Source: Halocafeteria seosinensis (lineage: Eukaryota). From it: DNA of 64,000 nucleotides. The notes under the pieces are model-generated. The model was not told the origin of the DNA. It ran no database searches and was given only the letters and a program-made list of their open reading frames with translations. Made by a program: the position numbers and the translations under genes. The stretch lies in contig LVLI01000135.1 in assembly GCA_001687465.1 (NCBI GenBank), positions 1 through 64,000 of the forward strand, in the 5' to 3' direction. Below are positions 37,762-50,400 of this stretch, piece after piece. The first letter of the stretch is position 1, and every line of letters starts with the position of its first letter.

Positions 37762-39349
37762 CTAGTGCTGTAGTGTTGAATTCAGGAACTCAACAAACAT
37801 TTTACCGACTGCTTTGGGGTCTTCCGGAAGTCTCTTGGATTCTATAGTCTGCAAACGAACAGGATGGGGAAGCCCACGATAATTCATATATTCCAAGCAG
37901 TTAAGTCAACCCTCGTTCGTCTTACCTTTAGGAACTGTCGCTTTAACTTGACACCTTCCCGTTGCGTTACCTTGCGTTTGAGAAAGACACGCTTGTCTGA
38001 ATAAGGAACTGTTATGTAATCGCCCTCGATTGCCGTGGAAGATGATAGAGCGATCGCTGATAGTATTTCTCCCAAGGCTCTGTCAATAGTGTGGAATGTT
38101 GATGTGCCTGATTCTTTCGCCTGCAAAAGAAATAGCGTATAAACCAATCTGTGCAGGTCTCGAGGCGATGTTTAAAATATACATACTTTCACGGTAGCAG
38201 AACTAGGAGTATGCTTTCTACCATGGACCAAGGCATAGAATATTTTGTCCAATGTGTCGTCAGGTATCATCGCATCCCCCTCGGTTTCAGTTTCCTCGTT
38301 CCGGGTAGAGAGTGCAGCCGACTGTTTAGTTTGGCCTTCTGCGACATAGTCAGAATGGTCTTGCCCCATACCGGTTATAGAGGAGTGGGTGGAAGTCTGT
38401 CCTACTGCAGTTGCCTCGTTGCGAGGTTCATCTGGCTTCTCTTCACCACTAGTCCTTTCCGGAGTGGGGCTAGGCGGTAACCTTTGCTTGCTTTTCTGCA
38501 ATCTCGCAGCAGGTTTAAACGCCGACTTTCGAGTATTTGACTCTTGACGGGAAACATCCCCCACACTAGCTGATTTGTTGTGTGATGCCTCCTCTCCGTA
38601 TATCAAGTGTCCGTGGATATCCCTATCCGGTCCTGAAGAAAATCCCTCCATACCCTCTGAAGTATTCGGCGCCAACGAAATATTAAACAAGGGCGAATCC
38701 CATCGATTTCTTTCTTCTGGAGTTTCAAACCGGGACCAAAGATCCTCCATTCTGTTCTATTCAAAAACAAAATTCCCAATATCACACGCACGCATCGCGA
38801 AACGATGAGAGACTTACAGCGACGGTTCATATCGATCAGCTTCTGCGCGTTTCAAATTCCTCTCCTTGCATCTATCAAACGTATCTTCGACAAGTACCTG
38901 TGCCGAAACGAAGTTAAGGGAGCAAATCTAAGTCATTCAAAAATGCACTCCGTACGCCGACACGTACCACACAGTGGGAAGTGGCAGTTTGCCGCGCGAG
39001 GCAATACAGCTGGTATCGGTACCCCTTGATATAATTCAGTGAATCCGCGATGACGATACGCTCTGTGGAAAGGGCTCGTTCCACAGCCGACATGAGTGCC
39101 CCTCGGGTCATTTTCTCCTGTTTGGCATCTGTTGGCCACCTTCATGTTTAGCAACTATGGTGTGAGTACAAGCGTCGAATTCCGTATCCACTTACCAGAG
39201 TAACCTTGGGCCTTGCTTATCTGGAGGGACTCCTCATTGACTAACTCCACATCGTAGTACCCTTTCTGGGTCTTTAAATAATGCAGGAGACGCTCTGCCA
39301 CGGTTGTCTTTCCAGTCGCAGGACGCCCCGTGATGATTACCAGCGGCAT
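37762..39349 (-). CDS. KTI12: KTI12, Elongator-associated P-loop protein, multi-exon
   Basis: MPLVIITGRPATGKTT; IVIADSLNYIKGYRYQLYCLAR; DLWSRFETPEERNRWDSPLF; LKRQFLK; last exon ends MFVEFLNSTLQH*. Confidence 0.95.
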
Positions 39350-39425
39350 TTCTATAGACTAACTAATTAGGTTTGTTCCATAAAAATAATAGAATGGACA
39401 GTGCTTTCCTGTAGTAAGTTCAATA

Positions 39426-39739
39426 ATGAGCCAGTTTTTCAAACCATGTCTAAACGCGATATTGAATGGCGAAGAACTACGTCCGTGTCGAGCCATGGTC
39501 GGTCTCGTTTCCACCAAGAACCCCTGTCAACCAGAATTAGACCGATACGTGAAGTATGTCCCAAGTTGCACGCTCTCTTGATTGCACGCTGAATGGATGA
39601 GTTTGGGACGCTTGAAACGCGCAGATGCATGGATGAAAACAAGGACAGGGCTCCTGACAAATATGAATTGGAATACTGTGCTGAAGAGAGGGAATTGTAT
39701 AAAGTGTGTCGAGAGAACCTCAAAGACGACAGCAAGTGA
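39426..39739 (+). CDS. Small twin-CX9C (CHCH) protein, two exons (39426-39553, 39625-39739)
   Basis: Removing the 71-nt intron gtatgt...cgcag gives MSQFFKPCLNAILNGEELRPCRAMVGLVSTKNPCQPELDRYVKCMDENKDRAPDKYELEYCAEERELYKVCRENLKDDSK*, with two exact C-x9-C motifs. Start codon uncertain. Confidence 0.75.
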
Positions 39740-40220
39740 TGCGCTCTGGCAACGGCAAAAAAGAACACCGGGTGTTATACCGATTGTTTCATGAAAGCTT
39801 TGGAGTGTACAAACAGGCATCTGGAAGATTGGCAACAGACCTCTGTACGTGCACGACAAAAACCATGTACCTTGGAGGTTTGTCTTTGTGCATTAGAGAA
39901 ATTGGCTAGAGTATAACTGACGAACATGTCGACTCCGACAGTTCGCTATATACATGGCATAGTGGCAAGTTTGCATGGCGGTAGTAGTCCCAGCAGTACA
40001 CAGCAGTTAGTACTGGGCTAGCTATTAAACCGCCATTTCCAAGAGGGTATATTGATTCTAAGGAATCTGCTATGCATGTTTGAACCTTTTATTTTCAGAT
40101 ATAAAAACCGGGTAAGACGCTTGTAGCAGATATCATCCGCAACATCCCTTGAGACCCACGCGATATGCTCCTCCTCCAAAACCACTCTTCAAAATACAGA
40201 GAAAGTATTCCTATAAGGTT

Positions 40221-40976
40221 CTAGGACTCTTCTTTTGCTTTCTTATTCTTCTGGTTTTTTGCCTTGTTTTTTCCTTGTGGAGTACGATTGGTGTCCGAGG
40301 AAGATTGCTTGCTAGAGTTGAGTATCTTATCCCCGTATCGCTGTTGACAAAAACATGTGGATCATAATAGTTAGTAATAGCATTACAGTTAGAGAAGCAA
40401 ACAGACACACACCTTTTTCAGTTTTTCATTAGCCCCAAATTGTTGTTGAGCGAGGAACATCAGGTCGTCGTCGTCACCACTCTCTTCAGAGCTATAGCCA
40501 GCCGAGGTTGCTGGTGTTTTGGCCATTTTTTCGACTTCTTCTTCTTGCTCTTCTTCCTTTTGCTGTTGCTCCTTTCGTCTTCGTGCTCTTTCTTGTTCAA
40601 TCTTAGCCTGTCTCTTCTTCTCCTTCTTTTTCTGCAGCCAATTGTCGCCAGGACGTCTACACAGTTCCACGCCGTTTACATCGAAATAGAGGAAATATAA
40701 GCGCATACATACCTGTTTGCTCTCCTCCTTTTCCTTTTTTGACATTTCCTTCTTCTCTTCTTCCTCTAAGAGTTCTTTTGTCACTTCCTCTCGTGTTTTA
40801 TCAGTGGGTAAGTTCGTTCGAGGGTCCAACTTCTTGTACAAAATGGCTCCCCCGACGGCGACAATTATGAGTACCACCGACCATGGAAGAAACACAGATG
40901 CAAATCCCATAAAGGAGAGCACTCCCACGGGCAAAATGAAGTGGAGATTCTCATTCACTACCCTCTGAAGCTTCAT
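40221..40976 (-). CDS. Small membrane protein: N-terminal hydrophobic hairpin plus charged coiled coil, 3 exons
   Basis: MKLQRVVNENLHFILPVGVLSFMGFASVFLPWSVVLIIVAVGGAILYKKL; K/E-rich middle; final exon RYGDKILNSSKQ...KAKEES*. Confidence 0.65.
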
Positions 40977-41512
40977 TTTGTCGCTAATGTGGTCTAGTCC
41001 GGAGTCACTCTCCCTAAAGAAATACAGAGATATACAACGATATACGTCTTTCAAACTATATATTCATATAGATGAAAGACCGGCAAACTGAACCGTAGTG
41101 CCACGATGAATACAATTCGTTCGATCACCGCAAAGTAGACATGGCGGGTTTTTGTGAAAATCGCGCGCTAAACTGTGGCCCCCACCAGCGAGCGAAACAT
41201 CAACCGGGTCACACTGAAATGTAGCCCTTCAGGTTTGGTACCATTGCGTGTCAGCCAAATTTTTTATATCAGCATTGTCGATAGGTGCTTTGTCTATGAC
41301 AAATGGTCTGGGAACAGTACATGTATGCATCACGCTAAGTTTCAGGAGAAGGTGCACCATCATGGTACAATGAGAGTTTCCCTGTCGTACCGAAAGAATC
41401 TGTAGCATCTGGTGTACGAAGCTAGTCCTGTGGAAACACATTACTGCCAACATGTACAACCAACGAGAGACTCTAGGAATGCTGATCACATGGCTCAGGG
41501 GGCTCGGGCTAT

Positions 41513-41560
41513 CGACGACGAAGATGTGACTGATGGATGGCCCACCGGCAGCTGGATGTT
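41513..41560 (+). repeat. Dispersed intergenic repeat, copy 2
   Basis: cgacgacgaagatgtgactgatggatggcccaccggcagctggatgtt; differs from copy 1 by a 4-nt duplication (atgg) and one substitution. Confidence 0.85.
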
Positions 41561-42086
41561 GCCCACTACACTTAGGTAGCAGCTGGCGCCCGTGTCTGGC
41601 AGCTACAGGCCCGCTGTTCCACTATCTGTCACATATGTGTGTGTGTGGTGGGTCATGTGCACCCAAAATCCCGAGGAAGCTGGAACAGGAATTTTCGACA
41701 AGTCCATAATGAAAACACATGCGAGCCCTTAATCAGTATCATTTAATCAGCAGACCTTGGATTCGTGTAAACCTTTGCGATGCTCTCTGTTGCTGCTGGT
41801 GGTACTGTAATTCGGCTGAGGAATCCCGAACCACGTAATAAGACCGCACACAAGTGCACTTCACTTCTTCCAAGTCTTTGTATCAAGTATTAGAGTGGTA
41901 AGAGTCGGTACTGTCTGGTAGAGTTTGTAGGAATAAGTAGCCACGTATTGGATGGGTTGAGTTTTGTGTTTCTAAGGTCCCCGTATAGTTGTCGTTTGGA
42001 GGAGCACTTTCTGTCTACTGGATTCCCAGGGTGTTTTGAGGGCTTCATTTCAGCCATTTTCGCCCGATTAAAGGCAGCAGATTGAC

Positions 42087-43541
42087 ATGGCAGCAGGGAG
42101 GAGGAAGCCTTGGGCGATGATGGCGCCGTACATGCTCCTGTTGAGCTGTATATTGTGTGCAATGGCAAGAGAAAGCAGCGCTACGCCGAGCGACACGGAG
42201 GCCGGGATGCCAACTGTGGACATTGATTCCTCCAAAACATCGATTTCAGGGATTTCAGCTGGCGGATACGCCGCTGTACAGGTTCACGTAGCATATTCCA
42301 GTAGTTTCATTGGAGTCGGGGTCATAGCAGGTACGTGTGCGGTTGTATACAGTGGGGAGAACGTCCAAGCTCGCCCTGTCGTGTAGCAAAAAACATGTTG
42401 AAGCGGCCTCCCCTGTGGACGCCCCTTTGAGGTGACCCCCGGGCGCCTAAGAGATTCTAACTTCCAGTTTTTCTTTCGGTTTACTGCAGGTGGTCCCTTT
42501 TACTGCGCCTACGATAACGAAGTGACAGCACTGACCACTTGCATGCAGGATGGCAAGAATATTGACGCGGACGTCCTTGCGGGAATTACCCGAAATACAG
42601 CTTTATTTGGATTTGCCGATGACCCCTCGAATATCCAACATGATTTCATCTGGGTACTGTCGGCTCGGAATGACACGGTTGTGGACAGAATGGTGGTACA
42701 GAAATTGCAGGAGTACTACTTGAATTTCATTGATAATCCCCATGAACAAATTAGAGCTGTCTACGATGTAGACGGAGAGCACAGCCAGTTAACTAATTTC
42801 TACGGTAACCCTTGTGCGAAACTGGGAAGCCCTTTCATCAATAACTGCAATTATGATGCTGCTGGCTCCATTCTGCAACACATTTATAAAGGCAGTCTGA
42901 CTAAGCCGGACACACATACATTCAAAGGCAAAATCTACGAGTTTAACCAAGCTGCATTCGTGGATGGGACTTTTTGGAGTCTGACGTTTGGGTTGAACCC
43001 CACAGGAGCGGTATACGTACCACCGCAGTGCGATGGTGGTCAAAAGAGATGCATTTTGCACGTGGCCCTCCACGGATGTGAAATGTCATTAAGTCAGATC
43101 CAAGAGAAATATGTCAAATACGGTGGATATAATGCCTGGGCAGATGCGAACGACATTGTCATCCTGTATCCACAGGTATGTTTCGCTGAGCTCTTATCTC
43201 GTAGTTCGTGTTACCAATGCAGGGTGTTTTCGTTTCATTTGCAGGCCCACTCGAATCCTTTGAACCCTAAAGGGTGAGTTGAGTTGATTAGTGAAGAACT
43301 CCCTTCGTACAACCCTTCGAAAGTATGCATTATTTCTCAAACATGCAGGTGTTTCGATTGGTGGGGATACAGTGGAACTGCATACGCCTCGAACATTGGC
43401 ACTCAAACGTTAACGATTAAGCGTATGATTGAAGCCCTTCAGGGGCAGACGCTATCAAAGAATAACTCTGCTAGTTGGCCTTCCGATCCCCTTGATAAGT
43501 TCATGCCGAACAGGACGACGATGTTACGCACCAGCAAGTAA
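42087..43541 (+). CDS. Secreted poly(3-hydroxybutyrate) depolymerase-family esterase, multi-exon
   Basis: Signal peptide; lipase box SISGISAGG; VGVIAG/GPFYCA; NDTVV; GEHSQ; CILHVALHGC; GYNAWADANDIVILYPQ; NPKG/CFDWWGY. Confidence 0.9.
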
Positions 43542-43627
43542 ATAGTCAACAGCTCTGCAAAACGTAGGTACAACCGGTGTACCCTCCACTGCTTCGCACC
43601 TTCACCTTATTGTGCGCTTGTACAAAA

Positions 43628-46600
43628 TCATTTTGTAAAGCCAAGAACCTCCTGCATTACATCCTGGAGAGGTTCATACTGTAAGATTTTCGATGCCAGT
43701 GCGCGACACTGTTCGTTCGAGTCATGTTCACATGTTGCTCGAAGCCAGTTGAAGGACTCAACCATATCACCACCGAAAGTGCTACCGATATTTCCCTCCA
43801 ACAAACCCATGCCATCAGTGGTTCTTCGTTGAACTTCCTTCATGGAACCGCCAGCACTCTGTTCTTTGGACGAGTTCTCAATTTCTTGGATCATTCCTTT
43901 GGCGCCGAAGTTTCCCTGTTCACCATGGATGGTCACCTGGCTCAACCGGGAGTAGCTCTCGTCATGTGTAAGTCCCATGGTTGAAACAACCTTGATGACC
44001 GAAAATAAGGCGAGTAAGACAGCTTTCCTCACGGCAACGTCTTCATGAAATCGTATCATCCAAATCAAACCAAATAACTCTTTCGCCATCCTCTGGATTT
44101 TGGGACTCAAATAGGCTGCTTCCACTACAATGGCGAGATACTTTACCAGATGCCCCAAAAACAGAGAATCAGAGCCTAGCGGATCCACTCCACTCGATGG
44201 ATCTCTTAGTCGGCCAATGAATGGAAAGAAAAACTCTCCCGCAATTTCAGCCAACGAATTTCGGCTATATTTAGCAGTCTTGCTTCTCTTTGAGCGATTG
44301 CCCCATCTTTTCGTACGTGGTCTGACTGACCCGTCTCGCAACGTAACCATCTCTGACGAAGGTTCTAACTCTCGTGAATCATTTTGTGATGAGCAAGCGT
44401 TTTCGGTTGGTTGATTTCGGGCTGTGGAAGATATCCCCCCGAGTTCCATAACCGCATCTCCCAGGAGATCTAATACCGTCAACCTGGTTCCCATAGTCTG
44501 CTCCTGTGCAAACACGACTTTGCTTAGATAGCGGACCGCCAACACAGGCGATTTAATTATAGCCTTTCGCAAACTGTGCAAGCGTAACTCTTCGAACCCC
44601 TCGAGTGCGAAATAGTTATCCACCACGAGCAAAGTTCGTAAAAGGTACTGAATGTTGCGATGAAGCTCGTTCGTTGTACGAACAGATGATGCTAAGTTAT
44701 CGATTAACTCAGGAAGGGATTGAATACAAACGTACACTCGTTGATAACTGTTAGTATCCTTAATTCCAGCTAACGCGTCGTGCAAATAAACAGGACGATT
44801 CGGAGCAGCTTCTTCCATATGCGCATCCGAGCTGGAGTTATCACTGGTCTCTTTCGCATAATTCGTTTCAGATATTTCGAACGCTTCCAAACTCCCATCG
44901 CTGTCGGTGTCGGTATCAGCACCTTGTTCTTCGTTAGCCTGCATAGATGCCTCTGGTTGCCCAGAGCAATCGGCCATGCTATGTGATATAGAGAGACACC
45001 AGTCATTGGTGAAATCCGAATCAACGCTCCAGTCGCTATCCGATGCCAAATCCTCGTCATCGAATTGAAGTGGTGTAAGATCATCATCCGACTCCTGCTC
45101 GTCATCATTTTCCCGGTGGGATTGCTTCTCTTTTCGTAATTGTAGAGCTGTTCTCTCAGAGAATTGCTGGGCCACGCGTAATCCAAGTCGAACGGTGCGT
45201 TTGTCATGTAGGGACATTCGCGACTGCACCCCTTCCATAACGGAGGTAGTAAAGATAGAGGCAGCACCGAACATCTTTGAAGGAAGTGTCCGCATTGCGT
45301 ACAGAATTAATCTTGTCAGCGAAGCTTGTAATCGGTAGTCAGACGTAGTGATAAATGACGGTTCCGACCACACAGTGAGCCACAAATTAAGAAGGAACAA
45401 AGCCGAGGGGTCAGTAACTTTGCTCTCGAAGCGCAGGACTGAGCCCCATTCCGCATCATTGGGGTTATAGAAGACTAAAGTTTTCCCTTCCACTCTGCAC
45501 GGAACAGAAAGATAGTGACACAAGATCCTGCTCTGAGAAGCATTCAATGTGTGTCTAATTGGGATCATTTTGCAAAGGATCTCGGCAAGCGCTTCGGCTG
45601 CTACTGAGAGGCGGCCCCCGGTATCAAAGAAATCCTCTTTCAGAGTTTCAGCGTTCCTATCCCTGTTGGGTGTGTCTGGCGTACGAGTTAATGAATATCT
45701 GCATAGTCCAAAAGCTACCTGAGGAGAACCAAAGGCGACAAACAACGGATTCCGAAACTGATTCAAAAACGACACAGCTGTTCCCGAATGCCTAGCGGTA
45801 AAAGCATCTACTTGAGTCTCAGTGAGGACATGTTTTGCGCAACGGATGGTATGAAGAATTACGCGTTCACGATACGACTCTGGAACGAGCCGTAAGAATA
45901 AGAGACCGGTCTTGGTGTGTGTTATAAACAGATAGCATAGGTCTTGGTAGTTCAACAAATCCTCACACTCGTCACTCTCAGCAATTCCATCCGATTTGGG
46001 CCTGTAGTCCAGTCGTGGGGCGATAAGGCCTTTGACAGCCCCAATTACCAAGGGAACGCACGAGGCTGCTCTCTCTTCCAGCCATTTTTCTGCCAACAGC
46101 TTTGTATATCCGGTGCGACACAAGCAAGTAACTGCATTTCCACATGTAATATCACTAGAGGAACCCATATTGGCATATCCTATAGTTGGATCCTCGATGC
46201 AGTGAGGAATGCACTTAGCCATCGCTTCATAGATTCTTGCCGGCAAGAGACTGCGTGGTGTCTGTTGTTGGAGAGTGTTCGCAACGTACGTCGAGATGCT
46301 ACCCAGCATTGAAGCCGCCTCGGTAGTTACAGTGAGCGAAGGCAATAGTGCTACTTGTTGATTGGTCAGTATCGCCTGCACGTATTGTTTGCGCACAGCA
46401 TCATCTTCTAAGCAACACCGTAAGACCCAGGCGGAAACCTCTACCACCCCATGTCTAAGACTGGAGTCTTGTTTGGAATGTCGAAGAGACTCAAAAATCA
46501 GCGAGGTCATCACCATTGGGTGGCATAACCTACTCAGAAACAGGTGCTGTACGTGGTTGACCATACTCGTGTCGTCTCGCCACCGCCAAGCAAACGCCGC

Positions 46601-46966
46601 TGCGCATTCCAGGACTTGCTCCAGCAGATTCTTGTAGGCAATGGCGAGCACACGCAGTGAAAGTTTGGGGTTTTCCACTTCCGAAAATGTTTGTGTGCTC
46701 TCGGAAGAAGCAGTCGAGTTGTAGTCATGCTGGTACTTCACCACCCACTCCTCCACTTTATCAATCTCCTGCGTAGTGCTCGCGATAGCATTAGCAGCGA
46801 CCACATGCATGGAAGATTTCCCATCTGAAATTCTCGCTAATGAACTGACTTCTTGTCCTTTACCTTCCTTGAGGAGATCATGCAGCACACGAGTTTGCTG
46901 TCGAATGGTCTCGTGTGCCTTGGTGAGGAGAGGGTTGTCTTCCTTATTCGTTTCCGATGCGGCCAT
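43628..46966 (-). CDS. TELO2: Telomere length regulation protein TEL2 homolog (TTT complex)
   Basis: GVQSRMS...RLGLRVAQQFS; acidic DSDGSLEAFEI segment; PVYLHDALAGI; RTKRWG...NSLAEIAGEFFFPFI; DSLFLGHLVKYLAIVV; RFHEDVAVRKAVL. Confidence 0.9.
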   Translation of the reverse strand: MAASETNKEDNPLLTKAHETIRQQTRVLHDLLKEGKGQEVSSLARISDGKSSMHVVAANAIASTTQEIDKVEEWVVKYQHDYNSTASSESTQTFSEVENPKLSLRVLAIAYKNLLEQVLECAAAFAWRWRDDTSMVNHVQHLFLSRLCHPMVMTSLIFESLRHSKQDSSLRHGVVEVSAWVLRCCLEDDAVRKQYVQAILTNQQVALLPSLTVTTEAASMLGSISTYVANTLQQQTPRSLLPARIYEAMAKCIPHCIEDPTIGYANMGSSSDITCGNAVTCLCRTGYTKLLAEKWLEERAASCVPLVIGAVKGLIAPRLDYRPKSDGIAESDECEDLLNYQDLCYLFITHTKTGLLFLRLVPESYRERVILHTIRCAKHVLTETQVDAFTARHSGTAVSFLNQFRNPLFVAFGSPQVAFGLCRYSLTRTPDTPNRDRNAETLKEDFFDTGGRLSVAAEALAEILCKMIPIRHTLNASQSRILCHYLSVPCRVEGKTLVFYNPNDAEWGSVLRFESKVTDPSALFLLNLWLTVWSEPSFITTSDYRLQASLTRLILYAMRTLPSKMFGAASIFTTSVMEGVQSRMSLHDKRTVRLGLRVAQQFSERTALQLRKEKQSHRENDDEQESDDDLTPLQFDDEDLASDSDWSVDSDFTNDWCLSISHSMADCSGQPEASMQANEEQGADTDTDSDGSLEAFEISETNYAKETSDNSSSDAHMEEAAPNRPVYLHDALAGIKDTNSYQRVYVCIQSLPELIDNLASSVRTTNELHRNIQYLLRTLLVVDNYFALEGFEELRLHSLRKAIIKSPVLAVRYLSKVVFAQEQTMGTRLTVLDLLGDAVMELGGISSTARNQPTENACSSQNDSRELEPSSEMVTLRDGSVRPRTKRWGNRSKRSKTAKYSRNSLAEIAGEFFFPFIGRLRDPSSGVDPLGSDSLFLGHLVKYLAIVVEAAYLSPKIQRMAKELFGLIWMIRFHEDVAVRKAVLLALFSVIKVVSTMGLTHDESYSRLSQVTIHGEQGNFGAKGMIQEIENSSKEQSAGGSMKEVQRRTTDGMGLLEGNIGSTFGGDMVESFNWLRATCEHDSNEQCRALASKILQYEPLQDVMQEVLGFTK

Positions 46967-47426
46967 CGTTCTTTCATTAACACGCACCCCAATCTACTGT
47001 GATAGGGACGCACCGTGATGCCAATATGTAGATTGTCGTCAATGCTTAGATATGGGGGTAAAGCACCCCACCCAATGTGGGGTAAACTTCACAGACCGGG
47101 TGTGAAGCAGAATTAGCATCGACAACGTGCTACATCATGCATACGCAGGAACTCAGCGCTAGAATGCTTCAGAGTAGCGGCTACACCAGCAGTGTTGCAT
47201 GGTATGTCAAATATCTATGAGCCACCATTTTATCAATTGTACAATCTAACTTCGCGCGCGATAATCGCCACTACCAAGCATTGACTGTAAATAAGGAATT
47301 GTTGCAGCAGGTTTTGGCATACACGGACAGTGTGTCCTCATATATGATCTAAAGGCTGTGATTGACGCGTCTCATTCCGCAATTTAAGTCACTTAGTCAA
47401 AGGAGCACACAAACTTCAACAAACAC

Positions 47427-50400
47427 ATGACTCCAGACCAACTTTACAGACTATTGAACAGCTCGAAGTTGTATCACAAATCACCAATAGCTCCTTCCAT
47501 CTACAAGGAGGTTGAAAAAGGTTGAATTAGTCTCAGCGTGTGGAATTACGTTCATTTGATACCTGCATTGAACTCCGGACCGGGGACGCAATGCCCTCGC
47601 GCGCCAAAACGGTAATAATGCAACGGACCACAGTCCCTCAACAAATTGCTATCCAGGATTGTTCAGTAGGTGAAGTCAATCCGGAATAGCAGTGCTTTAG
47701 TATCTAATCGTGTTTGAGGATAGAGTGTACAACATGGACAGTCCACGTCTAGCTAAAGGAGCTGGGCTCCCCCCATCCAACTCGTCCAAACTGGAGTGGT
47801 ATTTAGAGAACAGTGAAAAGCATAGAAAAGAGATGAGGGAAAGACTTAAGAACGTTATTGCAATGCTACACACTCGTCGCACAATGCACGCAGTGAAGAG
47901 ACGCCGCATGAAACCATTCTATCTACGTACGGGACTGGGAGACACAAAGGTAACAACCAAATGGCCATAGGTATAGGTGTTTAAAGCGTCCCGTCAAATG
48001 TGGTGTTATGCAGGGAAGACCTAGTGTTAACTCCAGGGTGAAATCTACGCTGTTCGGGAAAGACTTCCGACTGAGGAGCTCAGGTGGGTTTAACGAAATT
48101 ACTGTCTAGTTTAGATATTGGCAACAGTAGTGCAATTTCTTCCACCAAACTGCAGCAAGTCACCAGAAAAAACATCTAAAAGCGCTTTGGGTTTCACTCT
48201 TTGTCCAGGCTTCTCGTGCAAGGCTCATGATAGAGAAACTGGCGGAATACCAACGCCACAGGGATCAGAATGAAGCTGGTACGAATAAAATCGATCACAC
48301 TAAACGTTATGACAGTGGACTTTAGATACTTGCGTTGCAGCCCTTCAAATTCAGAGACTCTGGAAAAAGAACAGACATCATCGGAGAGTTCTTCAGATGA
48401 GCCGCGTTGCCCGAATATTTTACGGTTGGACTCTGAATGTTCGCTTCATTATGCGCACCAAAATTCACATCCGAAGGTCTACAGAGGCAATTAATATGGT
48501 GAAGAAGTTTATCAAAGCTTCAAGTACTCCTAGACATCGCTGGTCCACTATCGTACATATATACATGCAAAAAATCAAGACTTGTCAAAGAATATGGAAG
48601 GAATACCGGCAAATCACATTCTACCGGATGCAACTGCTGTCTAGGGTATGTTGGTGTGAGCGCTCAGCATATCGCTTTCAAGAATAACTCAGTCAACTTT
48701 CTACACAGATTTGGGATGACTATGAAAAAATGGCACTGGCTGATCAAGCACGTGAATATCATCACACAGCCGCAACGAACCTATGGGATGCGGACGAACT
48801 TCAGCGCAAAGTAGCGTTTCAAGAAGCGAAGAGACTTCGAAGACATCGACCTGTAACTCCAGGGGCAGAGGACGAAGGAAAGACATTCCAAACATTGAGG
48901 CAGTCCATCCGCAACAGCAACAAAAACAGGAGAACCCAAATACCATTTGGGTCACTTTTGTTGGAAACGCTGGATGACATGGAGGATACTTTAACCACTC
49001 CGGCGATGGAAGCTTCCCGGGAGCGTTATTTTAACAGTCAGTCGTCTATGACATTTTATCGTTCCCCTGTAGCAGAACTTGGGAGTAAAAAGAGTAAGCT
49101 ATTTTCAGGTAAAACGATTTCCATTGTCGTTGTATGTCAGTCATGTTGCACACATATGTCCAGCCCCAGTGCCACGTTGGCTTCGGTCAAAGAAAGTAAT
49201 TTATGCCTTGGACCCTGTTACTAACGAATTCATCGCGTGTCGATACGCTCCATTACCTGCTCCCCAGACGTAAGTAGAGTGAATTCAATAAAAGATCTTT
49301 GCGCAACTACACTAGATTGGTTAACTGCAGTATCAAGAGCGCGATGTTACGACGGTACCTGACGCATCGGAGAAGGGCATATGCTTCGGTAGTGCGAAAG
49401 ATTCGGGCGCAGAACTTGAAATATCTCCTGAATGAAAAACTGAAACTGAACCAGCACGACGCCAAGTTCATCCTAACACAGCCCATAGAGCTGGCACAAG
49501 AAGCTATTAGTCTTCATTTTAATGCTACCTTTCAGATGGAACAAGATAGCTCTCCAACAATGCTGATTACGTCCGCAGCTAAAGTACGTAGAAAGCATGA
49601 TGACATCCCCCATTCGCATTGGGCTTACCTGTTTTACTACTTTGTACAACAGAACGACGTCATGCATTTGGTCAAAGAGGCATTTGCGGTTTCAAGGAAG
49701 ATACGCGAAGCAAGGAGCCAGGAGCTGGTCGAGGCGATGAGCGAGGGGAAGGAGGATCCTCTAGGCGGTGGACCCATGCAGACAAGGTACGTTTCAATAA
49801 ATAAAATGGATGAAACTCCGACGCACCTCACACTTCCGAAATACACGCAGTACGTGGTCTGCGAAAGTGGGATCGACCCCAAACGAAAGGGAGATAGCGG
49901 CAAACGCTGCAACTGGGGCACTTATCGCTCTCTATGAGAGTCGTGGAGACAAGTTCGACCGCCGTAGCATGGAGGTGGTCAAAATAAGAATGAAAGATAG
50001 AGATTCCATCTCTACGACATCGTCAAGCCGATATTTAGACCCAAAGAAAGCATCCACCGAGAAGATACAGAAGAAAGGGCGGAGACTATCACGTGCGCTA
50101 GCATTTAGTACCGATGAACCACCTTCTCCAAAGACACCGGTTTTGGACATTCCTCAATTAGAAGTGAATACTAATGAGGAAACTGCTATAAAACCTTCGC
50201 TGGACATCGCTCCTACAGAGATGCCCGCATTGACTAGTCTCGGAAGCGAATATAGTTTGCAAAGCAGCACTAGCTGTATAAGCACCCAAGAGGACCATCC
50301 GCTCTGGTCTCAGGCATCAGAAGATGCGTTCGATGAAATCCTGAGTAGGGGATCTTTCTCATCCATTGATGACATCGAAGTAGCGAAAAGTATGGGAGAC

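Noticed and set aside
47064..47083. Short hairpin accccac-ccaat-gtggggt upstream of TELO2
   Set aside because: A 7-bp stem is within chance expectation and has no supporting context.
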